From a bacterium (lineage in GTDB: Bacteria > CG03), in assembly GCA_043825615.1 (NCBI GenBank), contig JBDRRS010000003.1, forward strand, positions 125,379-189,378: 64,000 nucleotides of DNA, written 5' to 3'. The notes beneath the pieces were generated by a model. The model was not told the DNA's origin and searched no databases. It was given only the letters and a program-made list of their open reading frames with translations. Positions within the stretch are counted from its first letter, which is position 1. Every line of letters begins with the position of its first letter. Of this stretch, positions 1-9,138 are shown piece by piece. Position numbers and translations under genes: made by a program.

Positions 1-71
1 TAGATTCTAATTGGTTTTTTTGGCTTTTTATTGTAGGCGCTGCATTAGGGGGTTTTGGTGTACATTTCGCC

Positions 72-254
72 TTGGATTATTTTCAATTTAATAATTTACC
101 AAAATGGATAAAATTTACATTAATTATTCTTACGGGTATATTTTCTGGCTATCTCTTGGCAAAGATTAGGAATATTATCCAGTTAATTTTGCTTTATGTA
201 CTAATAGTTGGGGGTTTATTTTTGATAGGTTACTTTTTATGGTCAATACTTTAG
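72..254 (+). CDS. hypothetical small membrane protein (60 aa)
   Basis: ORF in track; hydrophobic, two predicted TM segments; AT-rich; followed within 12 nt by hairpin element copy A. Confidence 0.3.
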   Translation: MDYFQFNNLPKWIKFTLIILTGIFSGYLLAKIRNIIQLILLYVLIVGGLFLIGYFLWSIL

Positions 255-265
255 CTAAAAGAACA

Positions 266-323
266 GGGACGGTTCTGATACTTTTTAGTATGGAAATAAA
301 AACCAGAACCGTCTCGGTTTTTT
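266..323 (+). repeat. intergenic hairpin element copy A (terminator-like: 10-bp stem GACGGTTCTG/CAGAACCGTC, conserved loop, U-tract)
   Basis: Perfect 10-bp inverted repeat read directly; loop GATACTTTTTAG...GAAA..AAAACC shared with copies D, E, G; followed by TCGGTTTTTT. Confidence 0.6.
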
Positions 324-354
324 GAAAAGGTTATTTTAAATAGGAGGATAAATT

Positions 355-1134
355 ATGATTGTTCCTTTAAAAGATTTTGGCAAGTCAGTAAAAGAGCTAT
401 CACGAAATCCGCTTGGTATTATAGCGCTATTTATTGTGCTAGTTTATGGTTTTACATGCTTGCTATTTGGATTTTCAGCTAAATCTTTGACACCGAGCGA
501 AAGAGTTCCGCTTATATGGTTTACTACTCTTTTTCCTTGTTTAGTATTAGTTGTATTCTTTAGGTTAGTTACTAGACATAATCGGAAATTGTATGCTCCA
601 AAAGATTTTCGCGATGATGAATCATTCTTTGGAGCTATAAGAAAAAATCAAACGAATCCATCGGAAGCAAAGGAAAGTGATGCTGATATAAAGGATTTGA
701 TGGAATACGGCGAGGGCTTTCAAATAATCAAAAAACTGGAAGAAAAAATAAAAGAAGATTTACGAGTAAGAAAAGTTAGCAATTCTGATAAAAAGGCCGA
801 AGTTTTGATTCATCAGTTGGCGGCAGCGCAAGTATTAACTTGGTTTGAAAAAACATATTATATGCTGTTTGGCAGTCAAATTGCTTTATTAAAATCACTT
901 AATGAAACTCCTTCAGGACTTACAAAACACTTTATCTCTTATAGATTTTTTGAGACAGTTAGAAATCAATACCCAAAAGCATTTTTATCTTGGAGTGTAG
1001 ATAATTATTTAAATTTTCTTATAACGTCCAACTTGATTTTACCAGAAAATGATAAATTGGTTATAACTGTAGTGGGTAGAGAATTCCTAACATGGCTAAC
1101 AAAATCGGGATATTCTGAATTTAAAGAGTATTAA
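355..1134 (+). CDS. hypothetical membrane protein (N-terminal TM helices, C-terminal soluble domain)
   Basis: 259-aa ORF with RBS-like AGGAGG 8 nt upstream; hydrophobic stretches at residues ~20-70; no recognisable catalytic motif. Confidence 0.5.
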   Translation: MIVPLKDFGKSVKELSRNPLGIIALFIVLVYGFTCLLFGFSAKSLTPSERVPLIWFTTLFPCLVLVVFFRLVTRHNRKLYAPKDFRDDESFFGAIRKNQTNPSEAKESDADIKDLMEYGEGFQIIKKLEEKIKEDLRVRKVSNSDKKAEVLIHQLAAAQVLTWFEKTYYMLFGSQIALLKSLNETPSGLTKHFISYRFFETVRNQYPKAFLSWSVDNYLNFLITSNLILPENDKLVITVVGREFLTWLTKSGYSEFKEY

Positions 1135-1185
1135 TCCTAATAGCAATGAGAAAAAGGAAAAAAAAGGTAACGTCTTTGATATTGA

Positions 1186-1228
1186 GAGGGCGAAAATGAA
1201 GATGGAAACCAGAACCGCCCTGGATTTT
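1186..1228 (+). repeat. intergenic hairpin element copy B (GAGGGCG...CGCCCTGGATTTT)
   Basis: Stem GGGCG/CGCCC flanking loop containing GAAAACCAGAACC shared with copies A and C. Confidence 0.45.
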
Positions 1229-1312
1229 AGAAGCCTATCCAAGTGACTGATTTAGGATGTTACGTGATTAAAGAATTAATCTAATATCAAAATAGGGGGT
1301 AAGGTCATAAGA

Positions 1313-1915
1313 ATGCCAAAGAAATTAAGAGGTTATAAAATTTATATTGCACCGCAGATTTCAGGATATTTAGATACTAATGGACAACCTGTAGTATATG
1401 ATGAAAAAACAAAAAAGAGTCTTGACCCTAATAATATTAATGATAAAATTACAATTTATGAGAGACAAGTAAAAGAATGGTTTCTCAACAGGGCATCGAG
1501 ATTACTGAGTGGTAAGAAAAATGGATTTATAATTCTAATGTTGTCAATTTCTTATATTGAAGGTGTTGAGCGATATAGACAAGGGAATAATAGTAGAAAT
1601 AGTAGTACAAACTATTTTAAAACAGGGCTTCAAAGAATATTTGCGGCACTGCATGTAAGCAATCATGACTTAAATGATTTTTATAGCCAAGTAAGATGTG
1701 GATTATTTCATGTGGGGATGACACGAAAGCAAGTAATCATTAGTCAACTTTACCCTCATCCGATAGATTTTTCAGAATCAAACACTATAAAAATTAATCC
1801 AAAAAAATTTCTAAGGGATATAAAGCTAGATTTTAATAGGTATTTAAAAGAACTAAGAGACCCAACCAAGATTGACCTAAGAAATAACTTCGACAGTATG
1901 TATAGGAATATGTAA
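1313..1915 (+). CDS. hypothetical protein (200 aa)
   Basis: ORF in track, AT-rich island, co-directional with neighbours; no motif recognised. Confidence 0.5.
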   Translation: MPKKLRGYKIYIAPQISGYLDTNGQPVVYDEKTKKSLDPNNINDKITIYERQVKEWFLNRASRLLSGKKNGFIILMLSISYIEGVERYRQGNNSRNSSTNYFKTGLQRIFAALHVSNHDLNDFYSQVRCGLFHVGMTRKQVIISQLYPHPIDFSESNTIKINPKKFLRDIKLDFNRYLKELRDPTKIDLRNNFDSMYRNM

Positions 1916-2005
1916 GAAAATAGAAAAAAAGTTATAGCGTTAGAAATTTAATCCCCAAGAAGAAAAGTAAAAGAAAATGGTGAAGAAAGAGAAGGCGTAG
2001 AAGAA

Positions 2006-2028
2006 GATGAAAACCAGAACCATCCCGG
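2006..2028 (+). repeat. intergenic hairpin element partial copy C (GATGAAAACCAGAACCATCCCGG)
   Basis: 3' half of the element only; its GAACCATCCC is the exact complement of copy D 5' arm GGGATGGTTC. Confidence 0.4.
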
Positions 2029-2042
2029 ATAGAGATATATAG

Positions 2043-2678
2043 ATGAAAGAATATAAAACAATAAAAGATTGTGCAGTTGATATTATCTGTGAAAAAGGTG
2101 ATAAATTAAGCAATAAACAGATAGCTGAACAGGTACGGGATATTATGAAGTCAAATACTACTTGGAAATCTATTGCCTGGTATAAAAATAAAATAAACAG
2201 AGGGATTATAAAAGTTGACAGGCAGCAATATAAATGGATTAGAAAAGGAAAAGTGGTACTAAGAGAAATTACAGTTGAGAATTTAGATGAAATAAATTAT
2301 GAGAATGAAGCAGAAAGAATTGTAGCTGAATATGAGAAGAAACGAACCGGCAAATATCCAAAGAGTTTCAAAAAGGGACCGAATAGCCCCGGATATGATT
2401 TAGAGAGCACAGACCGACATATAGAGGTAAAGGGCAAAAAAAACAAAGGCACAAGATGGTTGCCCCTAACAGCCAATGAAACAGAGAAACTAATCAAAGA
2501 TCCAAAATACTGGTTGTATTTAGTGGAAGGGGATATAGAAAAAAAGCCGGACAATGTTGATATATATGCGATTTCAAAAAATGATTTACTAAGTATGACA
2601 CAACTTAAAATACATGCAAGATTAACGCAATTATCAAATAAAGAAAAGAGGAAGAATTGGAAGGTCAGGAAAGTGTGA
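2043..2678 (+). CDS. DUF3883-like (restriction-endonuclease-fold) domain protein with N-terminal helical/HTH-like region
   Basis: C-terminal segment GYDLESTDRHIEVKGKKNKGTRWLPLTANETEKLIKDPKYWLYLVEG resembles the DUF3883 signature as recalled (GYDi...IEVK...lT.nE...YwLY.V); sits directly upstream of Type III mod. Confidence 0.5.
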   Translation: MKEYKTIKDCAVDIICEKGDKLSNKQIAEQVRDIMKSNTTWKSIAWYKNKINRGIIKVDRQQYKWIRKGKVVLREITVENLDEINYENEAERIVAEYEKKRTGKYPKSFKKGPNSPGYDLESTDRHIEVKGKKNKGTRWLPLTANETEKLIKDPKYWLYLVEGDIEKKPDNVDIYAISKNDLLSMTQLKIHARLTQLSNKEKRKNWKVRKV

Positions 2679-2753
2679 GAGGAATTTGTTCTGAAACTGA
2701 ATTTCTTTGAGAGTTTAAAATTTGGTAGAATAGTGAAATGAGGAATTATTTAT

Positions 2754-4751
2754 ATGAAAAACATTTTTAAAAACAAATTGTATGCATTACTTAAAAAAGA
2801 CGTTCGCCTTTGGGACAAAGAAAAGAAAGAACTCAATGAAACTCTTCTGAAAGACTTGATTGATAAGCTAGACGAAAAACTGCTCGGATTGCTGCTCGAC
2901 GACAAAGAAGCAAAAGAAAAGTTTTTTATCAAAGTTAAAGACGTTTTTGTATTAAAGCAAAATGAGTTAAAATTTTTTATTGATGAAAACAAGCTTGATA
3001 ACTCCTATACACAATATCAAAACAAAATAGGATTGCGTGTCGGGAATAAACTTTTAAGCGAACGAGATGAAGTAGTTTTGGATTGGCCTTTCAAGGATTG
3101 TGTGCTTGAAGGCGGGATGACTAAAGAAGACCAAAAAAGAAATGAGATATTTTTTAATGTAGTGTTAGCAAAAGATGAAATTGACCGGTTGGAAGATCCG
3201 AAGGCATTGGTTAATTGGAAAAGATACACTGCTAATGGTGCGGAAAAGGTAAAAGAACTTGAAAGAGATAAAGACGGCACAATCCGGGAAAATTTAATTA
3301 TCAAAGGTAACAATTTGCTTGCTTTACATAGTCTTAAAGAGCAATTTGCCGGAATGGTGAAATTGATTTACATTGATCCGCCTTACAATAGAGACGCTGA
3401 CACTTTTTATAATGATAACTTTAAGCATTCAACATGGTTAACTTTCATGAAAAACAGACTGGAAGTTGCAAAAGATTTATTAAGAGATGATGGAGTGATT
3501 TTTGTGCAGTGTGATGATAATGAACAAGCATATTTGAAAGTTTTGATGGATAAAATTTTTGGAAAGGATTTGTTGCTTTCAATTCATCATATACAAGTTA
3601 GATATGGAAGTAAATCTTTAAATGAAAGAAAAGATTTTCAAGAATTATTAGAATACGTATTAATATACAAAAATAAAAATATTAATATTAATTTCAACAA
3701 ACCAACGCAAAAGTATCCATTAAATAAATTTAATTTAAAAATACAGCATTCAGATAAACCTTCAAAACAAGTTATTGAAAATGGAAGGAAAGTAGATATT
3801 TGGGATTCTGATAATTTTACTATTAAAGAACAGAAAACTGGAGGTATTGATTTTTTTAAAGAGACTTGGATTTCAGGTAGTATATTATCAGGTACTGGTC
3901 ACGGGAAAATGTATATAAAGATTATAGATAAAAGAAGAAGAGAAGATGGAAATGGATGTTTATATAGGATACATGGGATAGGTGAAGATGGACTGGGTTA
4001 TAGATATTATACTAACCCTCAAAATTCTGGTGCAGAAAGAGGAAAAATGTATACGAAAGTACCATTAAAGATTCTTGAACAAGTGAAAAAAGGGACTGCA
4101 AAAAAAGAAAGTCCAATAATTAATTATTATGATTTTAGTCCAGATATTGGGAATATTAGTCATGAAGGAGGTTTTTCTTTTAATTCAGGGAAAAAACCAA
4201 TTAAGATGTTGAAACAATTTATTAATTATTTTAAGGAAAAAAATTGTTTAGTTCTTGATTTTTTTGCTGGATCTGCTTCAACCGCTCACGCAGTTTTACA
4301 ACTTAACAAAGAAGATGGTGGAAACAGAAAATTTCTTTTAGTTGAACAAATGGATTATATAAACACCATTACTTGTCCCAGAGTGCAAAAAATAATAGAA
4401 AAAGAAAATATCGATGATTCTTTCATTTATCTCGAACTTGCTAAATGGAACGAAGAGGCAAAAGAAAAAATATTGAAAGCGAAAAGTTTGAGCGTCTTGG
4501 AAAAACTTTTTGACGAACTTTATGAGCGATATTTCCTTAACTACAATGTAAAAACAAAAGAGTTCAAAGAAAAAACGATTAAGGAAGAAGAATTTAAAAA
4601 GCTTGGTATAGCCAAACAGAAAAAACTTTTTGTTGAAATGTTGGATATGAACCAGATGTATGTGAATTTTAGCGAAAGAGCGGATAAGAAATACAATCTC
4701 TCAAAAGAAGACATTGCATTGAGTGAAGAATTTTATAAATCTAAAAAGTAA
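2754..4751 (+). CDS. mod: Type III restriction-modification system methyltransferase (Mod), N6-adenine beta-class
   Basis: Motif IV LIYIDPPYN (DPPY) at residue ~207 precedes motif I DFFAGSAST (FxGxG-like) at ~503, the beta-class order typical of Type III Mod; stop overlaps start region of res. Confidence 0.85.
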   Translation: MKNIFKNKLYALLKKDVRLWDKEKKELNETLLKDLIDKLDEKLLGLLLDDKEAKEKFFIKVKDVFVLKQNELKFFIDENKLDNSYTQYQNKIGLRVGNKLLSERDEVVLDWPFKDCVLEGGMTKEDQKRNEIFFNVVLAKDEIDRLEDPKALVNWKRYTANGAEKVKELERDKDGTIRENLIIKGNNLLALHSLKEQFAGMVKLIYIDPPYNRDADTFYNDNFKHSTWLTFMKNRLEVAKDLLRDDGVIFVQCDDNEQAYLKVLMDKIFGKDLLLSIHHIQVRYGSKSLNERKDFQELLEYVLIYKNKNININFNKPTQKYPLNKFNLKIQHSDKPSKQVIENGRKVDIWDSDNFTIKEQKTGGIDFFKETWISGSILSGTGHGKMYIKIIDKRRREDGNGCLYRIHGIGEDGLGYRYYTNPQNSGAERGKMYTKVPLKILEQVKKGTAKKESPIINYYDFSPDIGNISHEGGFSFNSGKKPIKMLKQFINYFKEKNCLVLDFFAGSASTAHAVLQLNKEDGGNRKFLLVEQMDYINTITCPRVQKIIEKENIDDSFIYLELAKWNEEAKEKILKAKSLSVLEKLFDELYERYFLNYNVKTKEFKEKTIKEEEFKKLGIAKQKKLFVEMLDMNQMYVNFSERADKKYNLSKEDIALSEEFYKSKK

Positions 4752-4753
4752 AT

Positions 4754-7528
4754 ATGGACGAGCAAAATCTTCAACAACTTGTTGAATCAGAAATAGGCCG
4801 CAAAACCATTTCTAAGATAGAAATACCGGAGTTTATATCCAGTAATTTAAAGCATGATTTTTGGTATTGGCAAAAAGAAGCTTTGCAGTATTTTGTTGCC
4901 TTTGATGCTCTGGAATATGAATATGAAAAGCCGCTAAACGAGCCAACGCATTTGATGTTTAATATGGCCACTGGTACCGGCAAAACTCTGCTTATGGCCG
5001 CTTTAATTATATATTACTACAAAAAAGGCTATAGATATTTCATTTTCTTTGTTAATCAAAACAATATCGTTGATAAAACTGAAAATAATTTTATCAATAA
5101 AAATCATACCAAGTATCTTTTTCACCAAAATATAGTTATTGACGATAAAACTATCAATATCCGTAAAGTAGAAACTTTTGACAATGCTAATGATATTCAA
5201 ATCAAGTTCACATCTATTCACAAGCTTCACAATGTTGTTTATTTGGCAAAAGAAAATGCGGTCACGCTGGAAGATTTACAAAAAAGAGATTTAGTAATGA
5301 TTGGCGATGAAGCTCATCACTTCAATGCTTCAACTATGAGAAATGGACAAACGGAAATGGATTTGCCAACCGAGCTAAAAGGAAATGCCAGCGAAAAAGA
5401 TGTTGAGAAAAGTTGGGAAAATACAGTGTTGAATAAAATTTTAAGAAAAGGCAAAAATAAACAAGATGTTGAAAATAGAAATGTTTTATTGGAATTTACT
5501 GCAACGATACCGAGAAATGCGGATGTTATAGAAAAATATCGCACTAAGACCATTTATAAATTTGAACTTGTAGATTTTTTAAACGCGGGATATACCAAAG
5601 AAATAAATCTCGTTTCTACTTCGCTCAAAAAGAAAGAAAAAATTTTACTTGCTTTGCTTTTTAACTGGTATAGGCATCAAATTGCTCTTAAAAATAATAT
5701 TGCCAATTTTAAGCCTGTTATTCTTTTTAGAAGTAAGTTTATTAAAGAATCAAAGAAAGATTATGAAGAATTTTTGTCGGTTGTTGATAATTTAAAACCT
5801 GCCGATTTTTATTTTTTAAAAAATATTGAAAATTCCATAAAACAAGAGCAATCCAGTGCGTTCAAGGTATATGAACAAGGCAAAAGTCGAGTGCGACAAA
5901 TGCTCCAATTTATCAAGTATAAAAAAATCAACAGTCGAGAAATTGTGAACTATATCAAAGACGAATTTACCGAAAGAAACTGTATTATAACTAACTCGAA
6001 AGACAACAAGGCAACTACTAAAGAGAAAACAACAGAATACCAAGAACAATTACTTAATAGTTTGGAGGATAGAAATAATCATATACGGGCTATTTTTACT
6101 GTTAAACGCCTAACGGAAGGGTGGGATGTTTTAAATCTTTTTGATATTGTTCGCCTTTATAACGGTAGGGATGAAGGCTACGAAAAAAGTACTGGGAAAA
6201 GAAAAGCTGGAGAGGCAACCGTTCAGGAAATACAGCTCATCGGGCGAGGTGTACGCTACTTTCCTTTTTTTTACAATGAACACGAGAAAAACAAGAGAAA
6301 ATTTGATAATGAATTAGAAAATCCACTTCGGGTGTTAGAGGAATTTTATTACCACAGCGACGACGATGTCCGCTATCTTGATGAGTTAAAGCGAGAACTT
6401 AAAAATAAAGGATTTATTCAAGATAATCGCGAGATAAAGAAATTTGCTCTGAAAGATGAATTTAAGCAAAACTATTTCTTTAAAGAAATAAAAGTTTGGA
6501 AAAATGAAAGAATAGATAATCCAGAAAAAAGAAAAAGAACTTTGGCGGAATTGGAAAAAGAATTTGTTTTTGAATATGAAACAAAAGAATTTGCATTGAA
6601 AGAACAGCAAATTGTTTTAGATAAAGAAAAAGATGAAATTTTAGCGGAAAGTTTACAAAAATATAAAAAAACTATCAGCGCAAAAGTTTCGGATTTTGAG
6701 AAGCATATTGTTTGGAAAGCAATTAATAAAAAAGCTACAAAGGATTTATCGCTTTTACGTTTTGATAACTTGCAAAAGGAGTTGAATCTAAATAGTGTTG
6801 ATGAAATTTTATCAGATCGTTTTATCGGCAATTTTAGGGTCAATATTATTGTAGCAAAAGAAAAACAGGGGCTTGATGATATAAGCAATGACGAAAAACT
6901 GGAGTTATTTTTAAAGTTTTTTGATGAATTTACAAGAAAACTCAAAGAAATAGCCAATCCGTATAAGGGAACTGAAAAATTTGAGCCATTTTCTTTTGAA
7001 GATTTATTTGGCGAGGAAAAGCCAAAGAGCGTGCTTATTGATCCTGAAAGTAAAAATCTTGAGGCTGAATTATTAAAAAATAGCTGGTATGTTCTAAATG
7101 GATTTAATGGAACAAGCGAAGAAAGAGAATTATTAGAATTTATGAAAAATAAAATCGGAAATCTACAAGAAAAATATAATGAAGTTTATTTACTACGGAA
7201 TGAAGAAGTATATAAAATTTACGATTTCGAACAAGGACGTGGATTTGAGCCGGATTTTTTGCTTTTTCTAAAAGGCAATAAAGGAAATTTATATTATCAA
7301 ATCTTTATTGAGCCAAAAGGAAGCCAATTTAAGGACAAGGATGGTATGTTTAAATATAGCAAAGAAGGCTGGAAAGAAGAATTTTTACAGAAAATTACTG
7401 ATAAATATGGCAATGGTAATTTATTGAAAGCTGAAAGTAAAGAATATAAATTGCTTGGATTGCCTTTATTTAATGAAAGAGAAAAACATACTTTCGAAGA
7501 AACATTCAACGAACAATTGTTTAACTAA
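4754..7528 (+). CDS. res: Type III restriction endonuclease Res subunit (SF2 helicase + PD-ExK nuclease)
   Basis: Walker A MATGTGKT, DEAH box (MIGDEAHHF), 924 aa; C-terminal PD...ExK-like motif (EPDF...QIFIEPKG); immediately downstream of mod. Confidence 0.85.
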   Translation: MDEQNLQQLVESEIGRKTISKIEIPEFISSNLKHDFWYWQKEALQYFVAFDALEYEYEKPLNEPTHLMFNMATGTGKTLLMAALIIYYYKKGYRYFIFFVNQNNIVDKTENNFINKNHTKYLFHQNIVIDDKTINIRKVETFDNANDIQIKFTSIHKLHNVVYLAKENAVTLEDLQKRDLVMIGDEAHHFNASTMRNGQTEMDLPTELKGNASEKDVEKSWENTVLNKILRKGKNKQDVENRNVLLEFTATIPRNADVIEKYRTKTIYKFELVDFLNAGYTKEINLVSTSLKKKEKILLALLFNWYRHQIALKNNIANFKPVILFRSKFIKESKKDYEEFLSVVDNLKPADFYFLKNIENSIKQEQSSAFKVYEQGKSRVRQMLQFIKYKKINSREIVNYIKDEFTERNCIITNSKDNKATTKEKTTEYQEQLLNSLEDRNNHIRAIFTVKRLTEGWDVLNLFDIVRLYNGRDEGYEKSTGKRKAGEATVQEIQLIGRGVRYFPFFYNEHEKNKRKFDNELENPLRVLEEFYYHSDDDVRYLDELKRELKNKGFIQDNREIKKFALKDEFKQNYFFKEIKVWKNERIDNPEKRKRTLAELEKEFVFEYETKEFALKEQQIVLDKEKDEILAESLQKYKKTISAKVSDFEKHIVWKAINKKATKDLSLLRFDNLQKELNLNSVDEILSDRFIGNFRVNIIVAKEKQGLDDISNDEKLELFLKFFDEFTRKLKEIANPYKGTEKFEPFSFEDLFGEEKPKSVLIDPESKNLEAELLKNSWYVLNGFNGTSEERELLEFMKNKIGNLQEKYNEVYLLRNEEVYKIYDFEQGRGFEPDFLLFLKGNKGNLYYQIFIEPKGSQFKDKDGMFKYSKEGWKEEFLQKITDKYGNGNLLKAESKEYKLLGLPLFNEREKHTFEETFNEQLFN

Positions 7529-7541
7529 AATGGAAAAGTAT

Positions 7542-7599
7542 GGGGATGGTTCTGATACTTTTTAGGATGGGAATGAAAACCGGAAGCGTCCCGGATTTT
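7542..7599 (+). repeat. intergenic hairpin element copy D
   Basis: GGGGATGGTTCTGATACTTTTTAGGATGGGAATGAAAACCGGAAGCGTCCCGGATTTT; outer stem GGGATG/CGTCCC compensates relative to copy A. Confidence 0.55.
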
Positions 7600-7619
7600 A
7601 CAAACAAAAGGAGGTCATT

Positions 7620-7724
7620 ATGAGTGCAAAAAAGAAAGCAAAGAAGAAAGCAAAGAAGAAAGTAGCTAAAAGGAAAGGCACAAAAAAGAGTACAGGTCCT
7701 GGAGGAGGCCGATCTGGTCGATAG
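7620..7724 (+). CDS. lysine-rich micro-ORF (34 aa, MSAKKKAKKKAKKKVAKRKGTKKSTGPGGGRSGR)
   Basis: ATG preceded by AAAGGAGG RBS at -8; not in ORF track (below 60 aa); low-complexity basic peptide. Confidence 0.3.
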   Translation: MSAKKKAKKKAKKKVAKRKGTKKSTGPGGGRSGR

Positions 7725-7743
7725 AGAAGTACTAAATTATAAT

Positions 7744-8196
7744 ATGGGTGGAAGTGGGCAAAATAGATTCAAGAATGCAGAGGAAGCCTTAAAGAAACTC
7801 GGTCAGGATTTTAATGATTGGTGTTCTATTTTAACGACTCACAGTATGCAAGCTGCATATGCAATTATCGCAGCAAACTGGGCCGTGCATGGTAATGCTC
7901 AAAAAATACTCAATAATTGTTGCTCAAAATGGTCACTTGTCGTTGTTTTCCTATTTCTTGGGGTAAACTTGCTCGCAACCAAATGGATGATCCACAAGCA
8001 CTACAAACAATTTCTATATGCAGAGGAGAACTCGGAAAGATGGGAAAAAGAATTCAGAGAAAATAAGGGCAAACGAACTTTCTGGCCGTATACTAAGTGT
8101 ATTGAATATCTTGGTATTGCTCTCCGTTGGCTGAAAGTGGGGGCACCAGTGATAGCTGCTCTGCTATTCATTCTGAGTCTGTTCTTTGGATCGTAA
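7744..8196 (+). CDS. hypothetical membrane protein (150 aa)
   Basis: ORF in track; hydrophobic segments (WSLVVVFLFLGVNLLA, APVIAALLFILSLFF). Confidence 0.45.
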   Translation: MGGSGQNRFKNAEEALKKLGQDFNDWCSILTTHSMQAAYAIIAANWAVHGNAQKILNNCCSKWSLVVVFLFLGVNLLATKWMIHKHYKQFLYAEENSERWEKEFRENKGKRTFWPYTKCIEYLGIALRWLKVGAPVIAALLFILSLFFGS

Positions 8197-8211
8197 TGGT
8201 ACAACGAAGAA

Positions 8212-8275
8212 CGGGAACAGTTTTGATACTTTTTAGGATGAGAATTAAAAGCGGAAGAGCACCTGTGCTCTTTGC
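8212..8275 (+). repeat. intergenic hairpin element copy E (diverged 3' arm GAGCACCTGTGCTC)
   Basis: Shares GTTTTGATACTTTTTAGGATGAGAATTAAAAGCGGAAG with copies A and D. Confidence 0.45.
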
Positions 8276-8554
8276 TTGGAGAGAACGTGAGTAAACAAAA
8301 CCTTAGAAGCTATCCAGTAATAGCGCACGGAGCAGAATATCTTGTAATCGGCTATCTGATGCGTAGGAATATCCTTGCTTACAAGGCATAGCCAGAGAGC
8401 GTTACAAGAATGAAAAGGGGTTTGATATTATCGCAAAGAAATTGGGTATATCTTACCCGGGGATGGAAGATGTCTTACCTGCCTGACGGCAGGCAGGTTG
8501 TAAAGTGCTGTCCCCGCGGATGCTTTGTGTATAATGACGGTAGGAGAAAAAAAT

Positions 8555-8968
8555 ATGAAACCAAACAATTTAAACTCAAGTTTATTTAATTTTGATTATG
8601 TAATCGTAAAAAAACAATGGCTTCGAAATTTTAAGGAAATCATTAAAGATTTAAAAAAGTTAAAAACGAGATCAAAAACTAATATTAAAAAAATAGCAGA
8701 AAAAGATTTAAGAAAAACTATAGAAAATCATATAAAAGATAATGCAGAAGAATTTACTAGAATTATAGAACTCATTGAATTGCAAGTAAGAGTGCTAGTA
8801 AAATTGGAGGAATTTAGTGTTGAAACTCTAAACAAACATCTTTTTTTAACACTTACTCTTTTTAGAATGTTCCATAAGAAAGATATTTCAAAAAGTTTAG
8901 AAAGAAAATTAAGTTGTATTTGTAACCGTCTTAAATGTAGATTTACAAAATTTAAAAAGAAATTCTAA
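8555..8968 (+). CDS. hypothetical protein (start moved to internal Met MKPNNL)
   Basis: ORF 8525-8968 in track; GGAGA RBS-like precedes the ATG at 8555; no motif recognised. Confidence 0.4.
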   Translation: MKPNNLNSSLFNFDYVIVKKQWLRNFKEIIKDLKKLKTRSKTNIKKIAEKDLRKTIENHIKDNAEEFTRIIELIELQVRVLVKLEEFSVETLNKHLFLTLTLFRMFHKKDISKSLERKLSCICNRLKCRFTKFKKKF

Positions 8969-9011
8969 TAAATCTCTCAGCAGACTTTTGAATTAAGATG
9001 AAAAGAGAAAA

Positions 9012-9056
9012 AGGGTACCGGGGCTTTTAAAATGGGAATGGTAACCGGAAGCGGAT
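9012..9056 (+). repeat. intergenic hairpin element copy F (partial)
   Basis: AATGGGAATGGTAACCGGAAGCGG matches the 3' half of copy D. Confidence 0.4.
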
Positions 9057-9138
9057 AATAGAAAAAGTAGGATGTTCCCCTTTCCTCCATAATGTGGAAC
9101 TTTTTTTAAAATAAAATAGATAGAAGGAGAATATTTGT

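Noticed and set aside
2297-2554. Antisense ORFs inside long genes (this one and e.g. 4771-4983, 5003-5230, 6472-6957, 7297-7509, 12682-13180, 18691-19488, 20806-21354, 21409-22422, 29563-30348, 33009-33732, 36613-38040, 44613-45411)
   Set aside because: They lie opposite well-supported genes with recognisable motifs, have low-complexity or biased composition, and no RBS or motif support; typical shadow ORFs.
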